Of a DNA stretch of 64,000 nt, positions 23,851 through 36,000 are shown piece after piece. The position numbers were made by a program, and so were the translations under genes. Position 1 is the stretch's first letter; every line of letters begins with the position of its first letter. Under the pieces are notes generated by a model that saw nothing but the letters and a program-made list of their open reading frames with translations, made no database searches and was not told the origin of the DNA. Origin of the DNA: Paraspadella gotoi (taxonomy: Eukaryota > Animalia > Chaetognatha); assembly GCA_051294375.1 (NCBI GenBank), contig CM119265.1, forward strand, positions 12,141,866-12,205,865, read 5' to 3'.

Positions 23851-24672
23851 GCTCCCATGAAAATTTGGTATGAAGATTCTCCGATCGATAAAGGAGAGAG
23901 AGAGATATGGCGAGACATAAACTCTCTGATATTGATTTCTTTAGTCATGTGGTCTTTTAGTATTTTAGAATTTTAGTCTACCTATCAATGTTTAAACTTG
24001 TTAAGATAATCATGAAGCTTTGAACCGGTAGATTATGCAAAACTACTTTTTGTACGAATTTTTTTAGTTTCGAGAATTATAGATTTTGATACGTTTCGGT
24101 TGGTGAACAGCGTAATTTATATTTTATATCTCTTTGTAACAGAAGTCGCTTGGGCTATCGGTGACAATTCGTGTAAATTTAGTAAATGAATCGTTAACTT
24201 CTGTCTGTTTACCCAACCAAACCTTACTAGTACTTAGCGTTCTTTACTCGCTTCACATGCTCAAATTCATTCTAAATTAAAAATAAAAGTCAGAATTTTT
24301 TTTTTATTTTACTGAAAAAAATAAAAGTAGGTTTAGTTCATATTAGGCCTCAGGCTAATATATAGAAATATAGCTATATATAGAAATGGAGAAAAAAATT
24401 ATGGCTAAATTTTGGTTTGTAACTGTTTGTCAATTACTATAAAAAAAAAACTTGCATAAATAAGTACGAAAGACAGAACCATGTTATCAGCATTCTGTTC
24501 TCGGTCCGCAACGCCACGCTCGCCTTTCGATCCAGCTCTGACCAGGAGATCCCTCGTGTGGCGTCGTTGAACGGTGGACCGATACACAATCAATATCGTG
24601 ATTACACAATCAAATACAAAATGAATTATGCAACTGATAGTAGACACAAAAGTTAGAAATATACATACATAT

Positions 24673-25096
24673 TTCATACAATTGAAACATTCTTTGAAAT
24701 ATTTTCCTCTTCATTGATAGGGAAGTCAGGTGAATAAACGTGACTGCGAAAGAGTCTTGATTGAAAGCTTGCAGGGACCTGCTATGTCATTATCTTGTAA
24801 GAGTGATGGAGGCCTTAAACCACCAAAGCCTGTCCTAAGTCAGGGGCAAGATAGCTTATTTATTAAATGAATGGATAATTTTTATATTGGTTGTACCAAT
24901 TTCATAAAATTCAGCTCCTTGTATTTTGATGCTAGTGCGGAGTACAATAAGTATTCCCCGATCTAATACTTAAGGGAGTTGTCTTTTCATACAATTGAAA
25001 CATTCTTTGAAATATTTTCCTGTCCTAAGTCAGGGGCAAGATAGCTTATTTATTAAATGAATGGATAATTTTTATATTGGTTGTACCAATTTCATA
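24673..25096. repeat. Shuffled direct repeats of a dispersed family
   Basis: ~24673-24708 recurs at ~24987-25021 and ~24829-24906 recurs at ~25019-25096. Part also recurs at ~60095-60140. Confidence 0.6.
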
Positions 25097-26159
25097 CAGA
25101 TATGACACAATGAAAAATGTGGCGAAAATGTCTCGTGCTGATTTTGTCGCTTTAAAAATGTTTTTGAGCCAAATTAATTAATTGTTATTTTTGGTAATAT
25201 GTGCGATATATATTACTGGACATTACTGTGTCTGACCATAATCCTTGACCATCAACAAAAAAGCTAACTAGATCAAAAATAGTAAAAAAGATAAAGCAAT
25301 ATAGCTCGAAACGCTTACAAAATTTTAGACCATTGCTTTTATAAATGTAAAAAGAATATTAATATTATTAAAACAAAACTTTAACGATAACTTAATAGTT
25401 AACCGAGACCAAGATGAATATTTTTTACCCATCATTTCCTCAATTTATATGAATGATTAGCTTGTAATTAGTCAATTAATCTAAATAATAATATGACAAA
25501 TTCATTTTCATTTTTTTTTTTATGAATGGGAAGTTTTCTCTGCTTACTCCCCTTATGTCTAATTATCTAATATTTTAGAGGTATTTTTAAAAGCCTTATA
25601 TAATTACTATATTTTTTTTTTTTAATTCTTTCAAACAAAAACAACATCATAAAAACATTTTAAATTAATAAAAAAAAATTGATTAAATGATTTTTAAAAA
25701 AAATATTTTAAAACTTGAGAATAATGGATTTCGAGTAAGGAAAAAAATTTTGCAATTCTAAAAAAATCAGCCTCAAGCTAGCGGTAGCCGACCAAATTCA
25801 AATTTTAATGGGAACAGCATTAAACTAATCCATTATTGGTATTAATTATTGTGTTAAAATATTTTTTTGCAAAAATGTTCCAAACCATGAGTAATTCGCT
25901 AATTAATATTATTAAATCGCTATATAATGTCAAGAATTTTTTTTGGATATTTTAAGTTTTTTTAATTGATTTTGATAGAGCTTAAAAAGTTAAGCAAAAA
26001 ATATAATTACAACTTTTTGTATTAATCCTTTCTTTTGTTGTTTGTTGAGATTAATTAAAAACGAAAATTTTTGTGTAACAACAAAAAGTTTTTTATTAAC
26101 TGGTACCAGCTCATTTTGAGCTCTTTCTTTACTTATTTTTCTCTACCTCTTATCTTAAC

Positions 26160-27326
26160 TAGAGTTCCGAAAACCGTTAATTTTTTAGGAAATTCGCTTA
26201 ACCGTTAAAACTAACATTTTAACGGTTAACCGTTAAGATCGGTTAATTTTATAATTTAACTTTAAATTTAAATATTAAGATTTAAACAAAATAAAGTATT
26301 TAATGGTATTTTCTCTTTAACTCTGGCTCTTGAATGCGCTGATAAAGACTTGAAACAGAGTCGAAACATGTCTATTCTTTATGTCAAATAAAATTGTTAT
26401 AACAAAACAAATATTTTGCTAATCTCATAACACAACGAAACGAAAGGATACCATCAAATTCTAATTCTATATTTTGTTTTCTCTTCTCTCTTTTGCTTTC
26501 TCTTTTCTTTCTCTACTTCTTCTATCCCCATTTTTTTGTAGTTGTTAGTTTCTTAAACGCTTTTTTTCTGTTGTTATCTTTCATAAACTATGACCAATGG
26601 TCATTGACCATAAATATAATATGAATTTTAATTTATTGATAGACTGTTGATTTATCGATTGATCAAAATATTTATTGATTAATAAATATATTTTTCAGTT
26701 TAATTAAAAAGTATATCATCATTATTCTTTTTATGTCTTTTTTAAGATTCGTTCCTTCTATTATTAATTTTTAAATTTTTAAAAAAATTTTTCATTCATT
26801 CGGTTTTATTTCATTTGCTTCTTTAAATTTTTAAAGAGGGAAAGAAAAAGAGAGAAAAAGTAAAATAAGAGGGATTATTTATTTTTAGCTAAATTGAATA
26901 TATTATATTGCATGAAAGGCAAAAAAAGGGAAAAGGCAAAAGCAAAGGCGAAAAGGAGAGAAAGAGGGGGAAAGAAAAGGAAAAAGTGAGAAAGAAAAAG
27001 AAAGAAACAGGAGAGGTAAATAAAGGGGAAGAAAGAATAAGAGAGAGATGAGAATAGAAAAAAGGAGAATATAACAAAGGAAAAAAGCAGGGAAAATTGG
27101 AGAAGAGAGAGAGGGGTAAAAATATGGTAAGAAGGGGAGAGAGAATAAAGAGAGAACAGAAAAAAATAGTTTTTTTTTTAAATTTAAAGATTTCATACCA
27201 AAAATGAAAAAAATCACATTTGAAAATTAACCGAATTTAACCGTTAAAATGAATATATTAACGGTTAAGTTAAAATTATTTTTAACCGTTAATAACCGTT
27301 AACAGTTAACGGTTATCGGAACACTA
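26160..27326. mobile_element. hAT-family MITE with 8-bp TSD
   Basis: TIRs TAGAGTTCCGAAAACCGTT / AACGGTTATCGGAACACTA; perfect ATCTTAAC duplication at 26152-26159 and 27327-27334. Confidence 0.9.
26339..26372 (+). ncRNA. Degenerate hammerhead motif inside the hAT MITE
   Basis: CTGATAA-A-GACT-TGAAACAG-AGTC-GAAA-CATGTC (G8 to A change). Confidence 0.55.
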
Positions 27327-27668
27327 ATCTTAACTATCCTCACAAACTATTCTTTTCCATTTCATTTTCAATATTTCACTATTTCAAAAATGCACAAACA
27401 GCCTAATTTAATTTATTTCAATCTTTGTTATGTCTAGTTTATAATACTATTTACTTTGTTGTACATTGCCTAATGTATACTATTATTTCTCTCTCTCTGT
27501 GTCTCTCTCTCTCCCTTTTCACCAATTTCACATTCACTCTCCTTTTCATCCTGTCCTCATCTTCACCTGTCCTCACATCTGACCACTTTCCTTTACTAAA
27601 TTCTTTGTTGGAACTCTCTCTCTCTCTCTCTCAATGTTTGTGAAATAAATTATTTGTGATTTCAAATG

Positions 27669-27703
27669 CTGATAAAGGCTTGAGTTGTAAGCCGAAACAT
27701 GTC
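27669..27703 (+). ncRNA. Hammerhead motif in the PLE pLTR
   Basis: CTGATAA-A-GGCTT-GAGTTGT-AAGCC-GAAA-CATGTC (G8 to A variant), ~180 bp upstream of the PLE ORF. Confidence 0.65.
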
Positions 27704-29184
27704 CAAAGTTAATAAAAAACTTCGTTTTTAATTAATCTCAACAAACAACAAAAGAAAGGATTAATACAATGTCTACCGATCAAACAACAGTTCCGTAAAA
27801 GCGCAAATCAACAAATTATCGCACATTTCCCAATCTCTCTCTCGTTGGTCAAACCACTTATATTTTTCACTCTCTTGTCGCAAATATGACGTCATCCAAA
27901 ACGCGATACGGATTCATTACAAGTCGAAACGGGACAGAGATCAACAGATCCTCGAACAGACAAAACGGCGTCTGCTGTCAAGCTTCATCAATCGATGCCA
28001 GCAATGCTCGCACGGCTCCGACCCGAACGTCGACGGCTTCAAGACTCCCTAACCCGCCTTCTCCCTCCAGAGGAACTGGGTCGATGGCTTCGGCTCATCG
28101 AGGACGACGCCACGCGGGTTTTCCGGGCAACAAAGGACCGTCACAAGCAGAAGCTGGAGAAACTCCGACTGCGGCAAGCCCAAATCAAACTCGAAAAGGA
28201 TAGACGATGGCGACGACGCAACAAGCTTTTCCGCATCTCTGACGACGAGCTCCGGGAGGCCCAAGGATGCTGGCTATCGAATCATTCCGATCACACTCTA
28301 ACGGAAGATGAAGAGTCTATTCTACGAATTTTTAATACGCCTTTTAATATTCCTGTCGATAACCTCATTGTCGGCATTGAGACAGGAGCCCGGCTCCTGG
28401 ATCAAAGACCCGAAGCGGCGGCAACCCTTCGGGCGGAGGCGGCGCGGGTGCTCATCGCCAAACGAGCCCCGCCCCCCATCCAACGTCGGTATGAGTGAGC
28501 GCAAGGCCATTGCCTCACTCAAGCGCAATCATGGTTCACCCCGCAGACAAGGGGCGAGCTGCGGTAGTCATGAACGCTCATGATTACAAATCCAAAGTGC
28601 TAACAATGCTATCAGACAATGAAACGTATAAGCCTTTGGCAAAGGATCCGACTCTTGCCTACAGAGCCAAGATCCAGACGGTGACAAGCAATATACGTGA
28701 ATACTGCACCCCGTCAGTATTTCACAGAGTCAACCCTGACTCTACGCAGCCGCCTCTTTTCTTCGGTCAGCCGAAGGTTCATAAGCCCAGGAATATATAT
28801 ATTATAATTATATAATAATATATATATTATATATTATACAATGGAATGACAAAGGAGTTGGGACGCATTCTCACTCCTCTTGTTGGCAACCAACACCACC
28901 TCAAAAATTCTCTAGATCTGACAGAAAAGTTGCAGCATCACTAAGTGCCTGATACTCATCTCTTGGTCTCATGTGATTTACAAAGCATGTTTACAAATAT
29001 ACCTCAGGGCCTGGCGTTAGCCTCCGCAGAGCGCCGCCTGAGAGGAGACCGGACATTGCATGAGCGTACGCCAATACAATTGGATGATATCATGGCATTG
29101 CTGCGGCTGGACATGGAACTGGCGTACTTCAGGTTCGATGGACGGTACTATGCCCAGCCTGGTGGCTTAGGGATGGGAAACACC

Positions 29185-29409
29185 GGAATTAATTTTATTA
29201 GAAATATCCTGTCCAGCACAAAAGATTACAATTTCATGCGAATTTAAATCTCGATGAATATAACCAGTTGGACCAATTAGGTCTCTAATTAATGCCCCAC
29301 TGTAAGCAGATACATCTAAATGTGTCAATTTACTACTCTGTAATAAATTAGCTAAACAGTCTTCTGGGATTTTTTGACAAATAGAATCAGATAATAATAA
29401 AGCACGCAT
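29185..29409 (-). pseudogene. SGNH/GDSL hydrolase-like N-terminal fragment
   Basis: 'MRALLLSDSI' (GDS-like block I), 'SAYSGALIRDL' (block II) and 'IVIFCAGQDI' (GxND-like block III). Truncated where it meets the PLE RT. Confidence 0.6.
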
Positions 29410-30212
29410 GAGAAATAATGTTAGGGAAAAAGTTGCAAATTAAGTCAAAAATGACGTAGTTTATATGATAAGGCTGCATCAACTGAAGTTCAATACACGC
29501 TTTATCAATGAATAAAGAAACAATTTATAAAAAATCCCTGAAAAGAAAAAATACAAAGTATAGTAATAGCGCGAAGAAAGGTAAAGATTGTGACAAGAAA
29601 ATAAGCATTCAAAAGTCAGCGGTTAAGTTCCGGCCTTCCTCTCTTGTTCACTCGGTTTCGGTACTCTCTTAAGGCTGAGTTGAGGCGATTAAGAACGTCC
29701 ATCATCACGGTAGGGCAGAGATGATATAAAAGAAACAAAAAAGTGCCATCTTGGAAACCTGCAAAATTTTAAAGTACACCTATGAGGCACTCCCTGTGAT
29801 AGGTTAGCAAATTCCGGTAAAGGCAGGTTTTTTTTTTAAAAGTAGTTGAAGTTTTTTTATTTTTTTTTTAACTTAAATCTGAACCAAGAACTTAATTTTT
29901 ACAATTGTCACATAAAATTATATTGTTATATATCAAACATTATCTACGCGACAAGAGCTTTAATTTAAGACCACTCAACTTTCTACGACTTTGCATTGTT
30001 GCGTTATTTATAAAAATAACTTATGTTTTAAAAAATTAGGTTAAATGATTTATAATTACATGGTGTAATAATACTCCGTATAAATTAAATTTAAACAACG
30101 TCAACTATTTTAATACCTTAAAAAATGTACAAGATTCAATATAAAGATTAAAAGAATAGAAAATTTAAGTGTTCAAATATGATTGGAATTGTAGGTTTCG
30201 ACGGCCTTGAGC

Positions 30213-30360
30213 CTGTGGGAAGATTGAGGACGGCCATAAACCGCTTTGGGACCTTGAAACCCATCTAGCCTAGTTCCAAGCCCAGGACCCTTTCCCGGCT
30301 GATAGAAGGGTTAATTAAGTTTGTGCCTAGTCACCTTAAGCCCACATAGCGCCTTATTCA
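30213..30360 (+). mobile_element. 5'-truncated SINE body (same family as 58335-58561)
   Basis: Reverse-complement similarity to ~58335-58485 (GAGGACGGCC..AAACCGCTTTGGG...AAGCCCAGGACCC...TAGCGCCTTATTCA). Confidence 0.65.
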
Positions 30361-30725
30361 CTTATATCCATGTCTAATTTTGTTTTTAATCAGGGTAACG
30401 AGTGTCGAACACTTATCAAGAACAGATGTTTTGATGAATATAATTCCTGAAGAGCATTATAACTACTTTAAGGCGTTTGAAGCATTTAATTCAGTTGTTG
30501 GTACCTGTTTTGGATGTGATGGTCGGTAAAAAGATTTACAACCAAGAATAAAAAAACCCTTATTGTAAAAACTATTTTCTGCCTGTTTAAGATCCGAATT
30601 ACAGAACATATATCTTTATGTATAGACTTTCGATTTCGTTGTTTTTTAGCATTTAGGAAAAACAGTTTTAATGTGGCAACGAATTTTATTGACAAGTAAG
30701 TCGGACATGTTTCGACTCTTATATG

Positions 30726-30764
30726 CTGATGAAGACTCTAACTCTATAAGAGTCGAAACATGTC
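30726..30764 (+). ncRNA. Hammerhead ribozyme motif at the centre of a hairpin with ~70-bp arms (30652-30816)
   Basis: CTGATGA-A-GACTCT-AACTCTATA-AGAGTC-GAAA-CATGTC. Confidence 0.75.
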
Positions 30765-32779
30765 CGACTTACTTGTCAATAAAATTCGTTACCACATTAA
30801 AACTGTTTTTCCTAAAAGAACATATATCAAAAAATTTGAAAATATTTACAAAAAGTTGAATTTATCCATTACAACCAAACTTCATATGGTATTTGAACAT
30901 GTGGAGGAAGAAATTGAGAGAAACGGTTTTGGCCTTGGATTGCTTAATGTTTCGACAGCAGAAAGTATTCATTCTGATTTTGAAAATCATTATGATGGAT
31001 ATCATGTCAAAAACAAATATTCAATAATGTACTTACAAAAAATGCTCAAGGCCGTCGAAACCTACACTTCCAATCATATTTGAACACTTAATTTTTCTAT
31101 TCTTTTAATTCTTATTATTGACATCTTGTTAACATTTTTAAGGTATTAAAACAGTTGACATTGTTTAAATTTAATTTATATGGAGTATTATTACACCATC
31201 ATGTCATTATGAATCATTTAACCTAATTTTTAAAAAAATAATAGTTATTTTTATAAATAACTCAATAATGCAAAGTCGCAGAAAGTTGAGAGTGGTCTTA
31301 AATTAAAGCTCTTGTCGCGTAGATAATGTTTGATATATAACAATATAATTTTATGAAATATAATTTTATGTGACAATTGTAAAAATTAAGTTCTTGGTTC
31401 AGAGGTAAGTTAAGAAAAAATAAAAAAACTTCAACTACTTTTTAAAAAAAAACCTGCCTTTACCGGAATTTGCTAACCTATCACAGGGACTGCCTCATAG
31501 GTGTACTTAAAAATTTTGCAGGTTTCCAAGATGGCACTTTTTTTGTTTCTTTTATATCATCTCTGCCCTACCGTGTTTAACGCCTCTTCGTTCTTGGTTC
31601 CACAGAAAATCTCGGACCGGATCCGTTCCATCACCGCTTTCGCGATGTTTCCTGGTGTCGGTTCCTTCTTTGCACGGTCATACACAACCGAGTGGGATGA
31701 TCATACACTGCCACGAAAACCAATACAATGATAAAGAATATAAAGCATACATTAATAATTAGTAAATATATTGACTTAGGATCACTGCAGAAACTATTCT
31801 CAATAAATATTGTAAACGCCGCTGCGCCAAGTCGAAAAACTTAAAATTTTTTAAATATAAATTTTTTTTTTTAATATAAATTCTACTTTATATTACTGTT
31901 GTTAACAAGAAAAAATAAATTTAGAGGCGGAATAAATGTATAAAAATTTTACACCACCATTCAAATTTCAATATATCATTCATCAAAAGTAGATTAAACT
32001 AGTAACCAATGTAAGATAATCACAACTCCCGACTTTGTACACTAAAAACGACAGAATTGTTTTTATCTAGTTATATCCACAAAATTAGATATCTAACACT
32101 AAATAGCCAATTTTTAAAAAAAACTACTTTACTAAGAAATCAACGATGCTCTTTAGCAGGAAAATTAAATTATCCATAACTATCCATTTCTAATTAAACA
32201 ATAAATATTCATAAAAGTTGTACAAGGTAATATTGTATGAGTTGAATAAGCCTAAGTCTTCTAGAATTAGCACCAAATCAGGTTAACATAAAAATCAAAT
32301 CAAGATTATAAAAATAATTAATAAACGTAATAGACATCCATGCCATCCGAAAAGAAGTTCACGACAAGGAGAAGCGCCGCAACACGATTCATCTGAAAAA
32401 TCATTGTATTATGTCATCCACCTAGGAAAAAAATGAGAATTAAATGTAATATTTTGATCCAGAATTTTCATAATTTTGCATAAAACGAAGAGTTTATTAA
32501 TTAGGCAAATGTTTGTTTTTCATTGTAAATTAAAAAAGTTCGTTGGGTATTCTTTCTCTACGTTTGTGAAAAGCAAACTTATTTTAAACGCTAATAAAGT
32601 CTCGAAAAACATCTCTCCTTTTCTTTCTATGATAACCTGAAGGTCGAAGGCAAATCCCCGTCGGTTTCGAGGAAGTCCCTAAAATCGGGATCCATTCATA
32701 AAACAGGATGCGCCGCCGTGCGGTTGAAGCGTTCCAGGGCGGGGCGACGACGCTCGAACTCCGTGTATAAACCGAATAA

Positions 32780-33010
32780 GAAACTTCATATCCAGCTCAA
32801 TCACACACAAAATTTCATTCCAATCCATCCATCCATCCAATCACGAGTAATTGGTGATTTTTGCTAAGGTGGAACAGACGGACAGACGGACATTTATTTT
32901 GCATAATTGTTCTGACATGATATAAACGAGTGCCCAACAAGATTGAGGGGGTGGACCGACAAAGTGAATTATAGAGTCGGGATCTGCTGATAAGCAGATC
33001 CAACTAAAAA
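32780..33010 (-). mobile_element. HINE/DINE-1-like fragment
   Basis: Similar to ~13815-14058, with a GGATCTGC-tgataa-GCAGATCC hairpin and GACGGACAGACGGAC. Confidence 0.65.
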
Positions 33011-36000
33011 CTGGACAATCTCTAATGTGCAAAGTTAAATTGTTCATATTTATTATTTTCAGCACCATAATTTTTATGAGGATAAAAACCATTTAATAAT
33101 GATTAATCTTGATTAGTATTGAGCAAACTCTCAAAACTGAATTCCAAAATATCAACCTGGGGCTTTCGAACAGTCCAAAAATCCTGTAATATCATTTAGT
33201 GGAGGATAGTATTTTTAGTAGAAAATAATTCGACGCCAAGGTGAAATTGAAGGAGAATTTATTTAGTGAAACATCGAAGGGGAAGAAATAATAATAATGA
33301 GGGCGAGAATAAAATAACAATGACTTTTATATGAACTACTTTGTTTATCAAAGTAGGAATGTAAATGAGAATGGAATTTTAGGCCGAGAGAAATATTATT
33401 TACATTTTTGTAATTTACTGAATTCTTTCTCCCAATCTTCACTCGGCCATGTTACCAAAATTTCAAAAACAAATAAAATAATATTTCTAAAAATGGTACT
33501 ATAAAAATACTCAGGGTTAAAAAATAAAATTTTTAGCCAAATAACACTATAAAATTCACAAGGTGAGACATTAAATGTAACGGTCAATGAAATCGCGAAT
33601 ATATAAAAGGTAATTAATTTCAAGTTTCAGTCCACACAATCTTACAAAAAATACATAAGCTAACAATTTTCGATCTAACAAAAAAAATGTTTTTCCAACT
33701 TCTTTCTTTTTACGGTAAAGGAAAATAGCAACCTTTCACAAAAAATTTAAACAATTAATTCATTGGAGACATATAATTCATTATTATAATTCTTTCTCAT
33801 TGTCATTTCAATTGGTTATATAATGTTAGAATTCCACTAATTTGCTTATAGCAACTTGCAAATCAGCGTAATTTGAAAAACAATCAAGAAGCATGCAAGG
33901 ACAATAATATGGGTGCATAATCAAATAGTCATCTATTCCCCAGTATGCTAACAGAAACACAACTCAAAACTCCTTTGCGCCGCACCGCCGACAATTTTTT
34001 TGTAAAAAATCTTCACAAAGGTTAAAAAAAATTGAAAAGAAATCTTTTTTGCAAAATTAAAAAAACCTATAAGTAAACGTCATCACAATAATATTTACTT
34101 AATACACAAGCAAACGAATTCTAATTTAACAATTAATTAACAATTAATTAAAGTCCACGAATTGTTAATGAAGATGTCCCATCACGCACGAGACAATTTA
34201 CGACGTCGGCATCCCCAGAATGGGCAGATGCAGCACGGTGGACAGCAACTGGCAAGGAGCGGATCACGAGTTAGCGCGACACAGTGGCTGTAGCAAGAGA
34301 GGGCAACACAGAAGTGCGAATAGATGAGATGCACAACAAAAGAAAGAAGATTTTTGGCGCTTCAACTCTGCGCCAGCACATCAATGTGCTTCTCCACCAT
34401 CCCTGGAGATTGTGAGATGAAAAGGATCTTCTTGAAGATCTCAATTCAAAGTAGACTGTCCGGATCCCAGTCTTTCTTGACGAACACTCTATAGTCACCA
34501 ACTGCCAACTGAGGGTGTGCCGGATCAGTGGGTCTGTCTGCCGGAAGAAAGCCCCACTCAGTGTCGTCTTCATCCGGAGTCGGGTCCGGCTGGACATACA
34601 ACGTGGGAGATGCTCAACCTCGCTCCCAGGTATGAGCTTCCATACAGAAAAGCAATTGACATTGATTTGAGTTTGCTGCTTGACAAGATGAAGATGATGC
34701 AATCAAAACGCGAGATGACTTTGTCCATTGATCATTGAAGTTCAGGTCCTTAAACGTGATGCTCATGTCTAGTCCATTGAGTGACGCAGAAGCTGGCAAG
34801 TCGACTTCCATCTATTGCGTCAGTTGACGAGAAATCGACGCGCCCCATCAACGTTCTTCTCCTCTGTTCTTGGTTCATCATGATCGTCGTCGCTCTGCTC
34901 ATCGCTGCTGCTGCCTGATCGCTCCCAAATGCTGCACCACCGCGCTGCTCTTCAACTTCGATGGTTGCGACGCCATTTCTTCCCGGGAATCCACATCGAT
35001 GATGTTGATGTCCGCACTCCTCGCCGCGCGATTGGTCTCGAGGCCATCAGCATGCCTCGCCACATCAGCCAAGTCTCTGCTGCCAGGATAATAGGCATCT
35101 TCAACTGTTTGTGCAATATCACGATCTTTTAACTTATCAACAAAGTCATTAATAAACTGATTTTCATCCTCCCCAATGCTTTCATAACATAAGAAAAACG
35201 TAAATAAAATTGCATTAAAGTTTCGTCTTTCATTTGTTTCATGGCTTGATACTTGCCAAGACAACTATTTTGAAAATTAGGGAACAGATGACCTTTAGTG
35301 AAAGTAAAAATTCGTGCAAAGAACTAATAGGTTTTAAAGCTAAATGCTGCATAATAGGCCTTAAGCTAATCATCCCCGTGCGCTATGATAATGGCTACCG
35401 CCATTGAGAGAGATTCACTCGGAAAAAACATCGCTACTTCCTGCAAGATTATGGATTCTTTTTGCAATGTGGCGAACGGTCATTAAACGCCAGAACGGAA
35501 ATAGATGGCGTCGATTTCGCCACGTGCGTCTACGCCTCTGACTGCGATTGTTTAGATTGAATAATTAAAATTGTTCCAAGAACAAAGTCTTTATTTTGTT
35601 CATTAATAAAACAGAACCTTAATAAAATAATCAAAGCATATAGATATTCTATATGCATTAACAAGAATACAAAAATATGCAATATTGCTAAATGGCAATA
35701 AACAATAATAATAAACATTAATCAACATTAATAAACATAAACGTTAATAGACATGAACGATGGTAGAGATGAATCCTTTGTGAATGAGTTAAGGAATGAA
35801 CTTTGGAAAGGTAACAGGAATAAAGAAACCAATAATAATGATACCACTAGAGTGATCTACATAACTATACATAATTATAGTGTTCACTTGTTTTCAAAGT
35901 ATGTTATGCTACAGAACTTATATAAGAAACTTGGAATATCCATATGTTAACTTCTTGTGTGGCGTCTGCCACTGAGTCCGTGTCGTTGCTGGGGAAAAAC

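Larger units (their letters stand above)
26017..29185 (+). mobile_element. Penelope-like retroelement remnant: inverted pLTR fragment, pLTR with HHR, frameshifted and 3'-truncated RT ORF (~27886-29185)
   Basis: PLE RT motifs 'HPADKGRAAVVMN', 'YKPLAKDPT', 'FFGQPKVHKP', 'LVSCDLQSMFTNIP' and 'YFRFDGRYYAQPGGLGMG'. ~26017-26101 is an inverted copy of ~27707-27770. HHR at 27669-27703. Confidence 0.88.
29706..31575. mobile_element. Foldback DNA transposon derivative with ~500-bp TIRs and a Chapaev/Transib-like transposase C-terminal fragment
   Basis: CACGGTAGGGCAGAG...CTCTGCCCTACCGTG termini; arms ~29706-30212 and ~31043-31575. Internal 'QGNECRTLI', 'FEAFNSVVGTCFG' and 'TTKLHMVFEHVEEEIERNGFGLG...AESIHSDF'. 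Confidence 0.8.

Noticed and set aside
14688-33237. Exact ~40-bp inverted match (~14688-14727 versus ~33198-33237) that seemed to bracket OAS copy 2, JIP and the PLE as one giant composite transposon
   Set aside because: The TAG.../...CTA termini face outward, so they are ends of two separate copies and do not enclose the interval.
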